From Phaeosaccion multiseriatum (Eukaryota; Protista; Ochrophyta, other classes): DNA of 64,000 bases. The position numbers and the translations under genes were made by a program. The notes beneath the pieces were generated by a model. It was given only the letters and a program-made list of their open reading frames with translations, was not told the origin of the DNA and ran no database searches. Position 1 is the first letter of the stretch. Every line of letters begins with the position of its first letter. Of this stretch, positions 63,421 through 64,000 are shown one piece after another. The DNA lies in the NCBI GenBank assembly GCA_965112735.1, contig OZ218958.1, positions 558,001 to 622,000 on the forward strand. The letters run 5' to 3'.

Positions 63421-64000
63421 TGGTAGATTGTCCTGCCTGAGGGTTTCCGGTCACACATTCTGGGGTATAATAAGAATGTCGGTTTCCTAGGCACGCCCCG
63501 AGGGGGATCAACGGCTCTGGCGTTTCACCCTCCTCTTTGTGGGCACAAGCTTTGCATCAGCAAGTAGTAGAGATATATTATCAATACGGACACTGACGCC
63601 CCACCATAGGCGCAGCATATACTTAGTCCAAACCCCTTAACGTTTCTACTATCTTAGCTTAGCACAGAACTAGTTCTCGCTTTAGAAAAGCTTTGGAGAA
63701 GGATTTTCTCGGACCGATTGGAGGAGCGGCATCATGGCGGTTCAAGGCATCATCATGAGGGACCCAACCCATTATCCGGAGATACGGACGCCTCTATCTG
63801 CGGAAGTCGTCAGCGAGTTCTTACTGCAGTACGATCAGTCCGCGCTCAGGGATAGGGACAAGCCGCTGGATATCCCCAGCATGGTGCAGCTCATCGACCC
63901 AGCCCATCGTTTTGGAATAGCCATCGCCAATCAAGTGTCGGAGGCTCAGCTCACGTCCAAGATGGTACGGGATTACTTGGAGAGGTGGTTGAAGAAGAAT
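63421..64000 (+). mobile_element. Probable 5' end of an LTR retrotransposon (putative LTR ~63421-63606; gag-like ORF from 63734 running off the window)
   Basis: Homology to the upstream region of FNIP copy 1 stops abruptly after AATTTTGTG. The new sequence begins TGGT and has a matching ACCA at ~63603-63606. An intronless, microsatellite-free ORF follows (MAVQGIIMRDPTHYPEIRTPLSAEVVSEFLLQYDQ...). No pol sequence or clear primer-binding site is visible. Confidence 0.45.

Overview
Eukaryotic nuclear DNA: GC-rich, intron-dense and saturated with microsatellites. It is possibly from a stramenopile alga, but that is only an impression. Positions 1-42.3 kb hold resident genes: the 3' part of a PH-BEACH-WD40 protein (+), a coiled-coil protein (-), a tandem PPR cluster with a decayed module (+), a complete DNA polymerase theta gene (helicase + Pol A, -, ~18 kb) and a two-TAZ-finger protein (+). 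Positions 43-64 kb are a patchwork: an intronless beta-repeat gene with an in-frame TGA, two pseudogene copies of a pyridine nucleotide-disulfide oxidoreductase, a 5'-truncated AIP1/WDR1, two intronless FNIP-repeat genes and the probable 5' end of an LTR retrotransposon. Two signals stand out. (1) A non-microsatellite ~18-bp motif, GCAGCAGTTGGTGATACAG, is dispersed ~45-50 times on both strands, inside exons in several reading frames and in non-coding DNA; two further dispersed motif families accompany it. (2) The FNIP paralogues have near-identical repeat scaffolds with hypervariable residues at fixed positions, like a repeat-shuffling receptor. Exon boundaries and motif counts were derived by eye.
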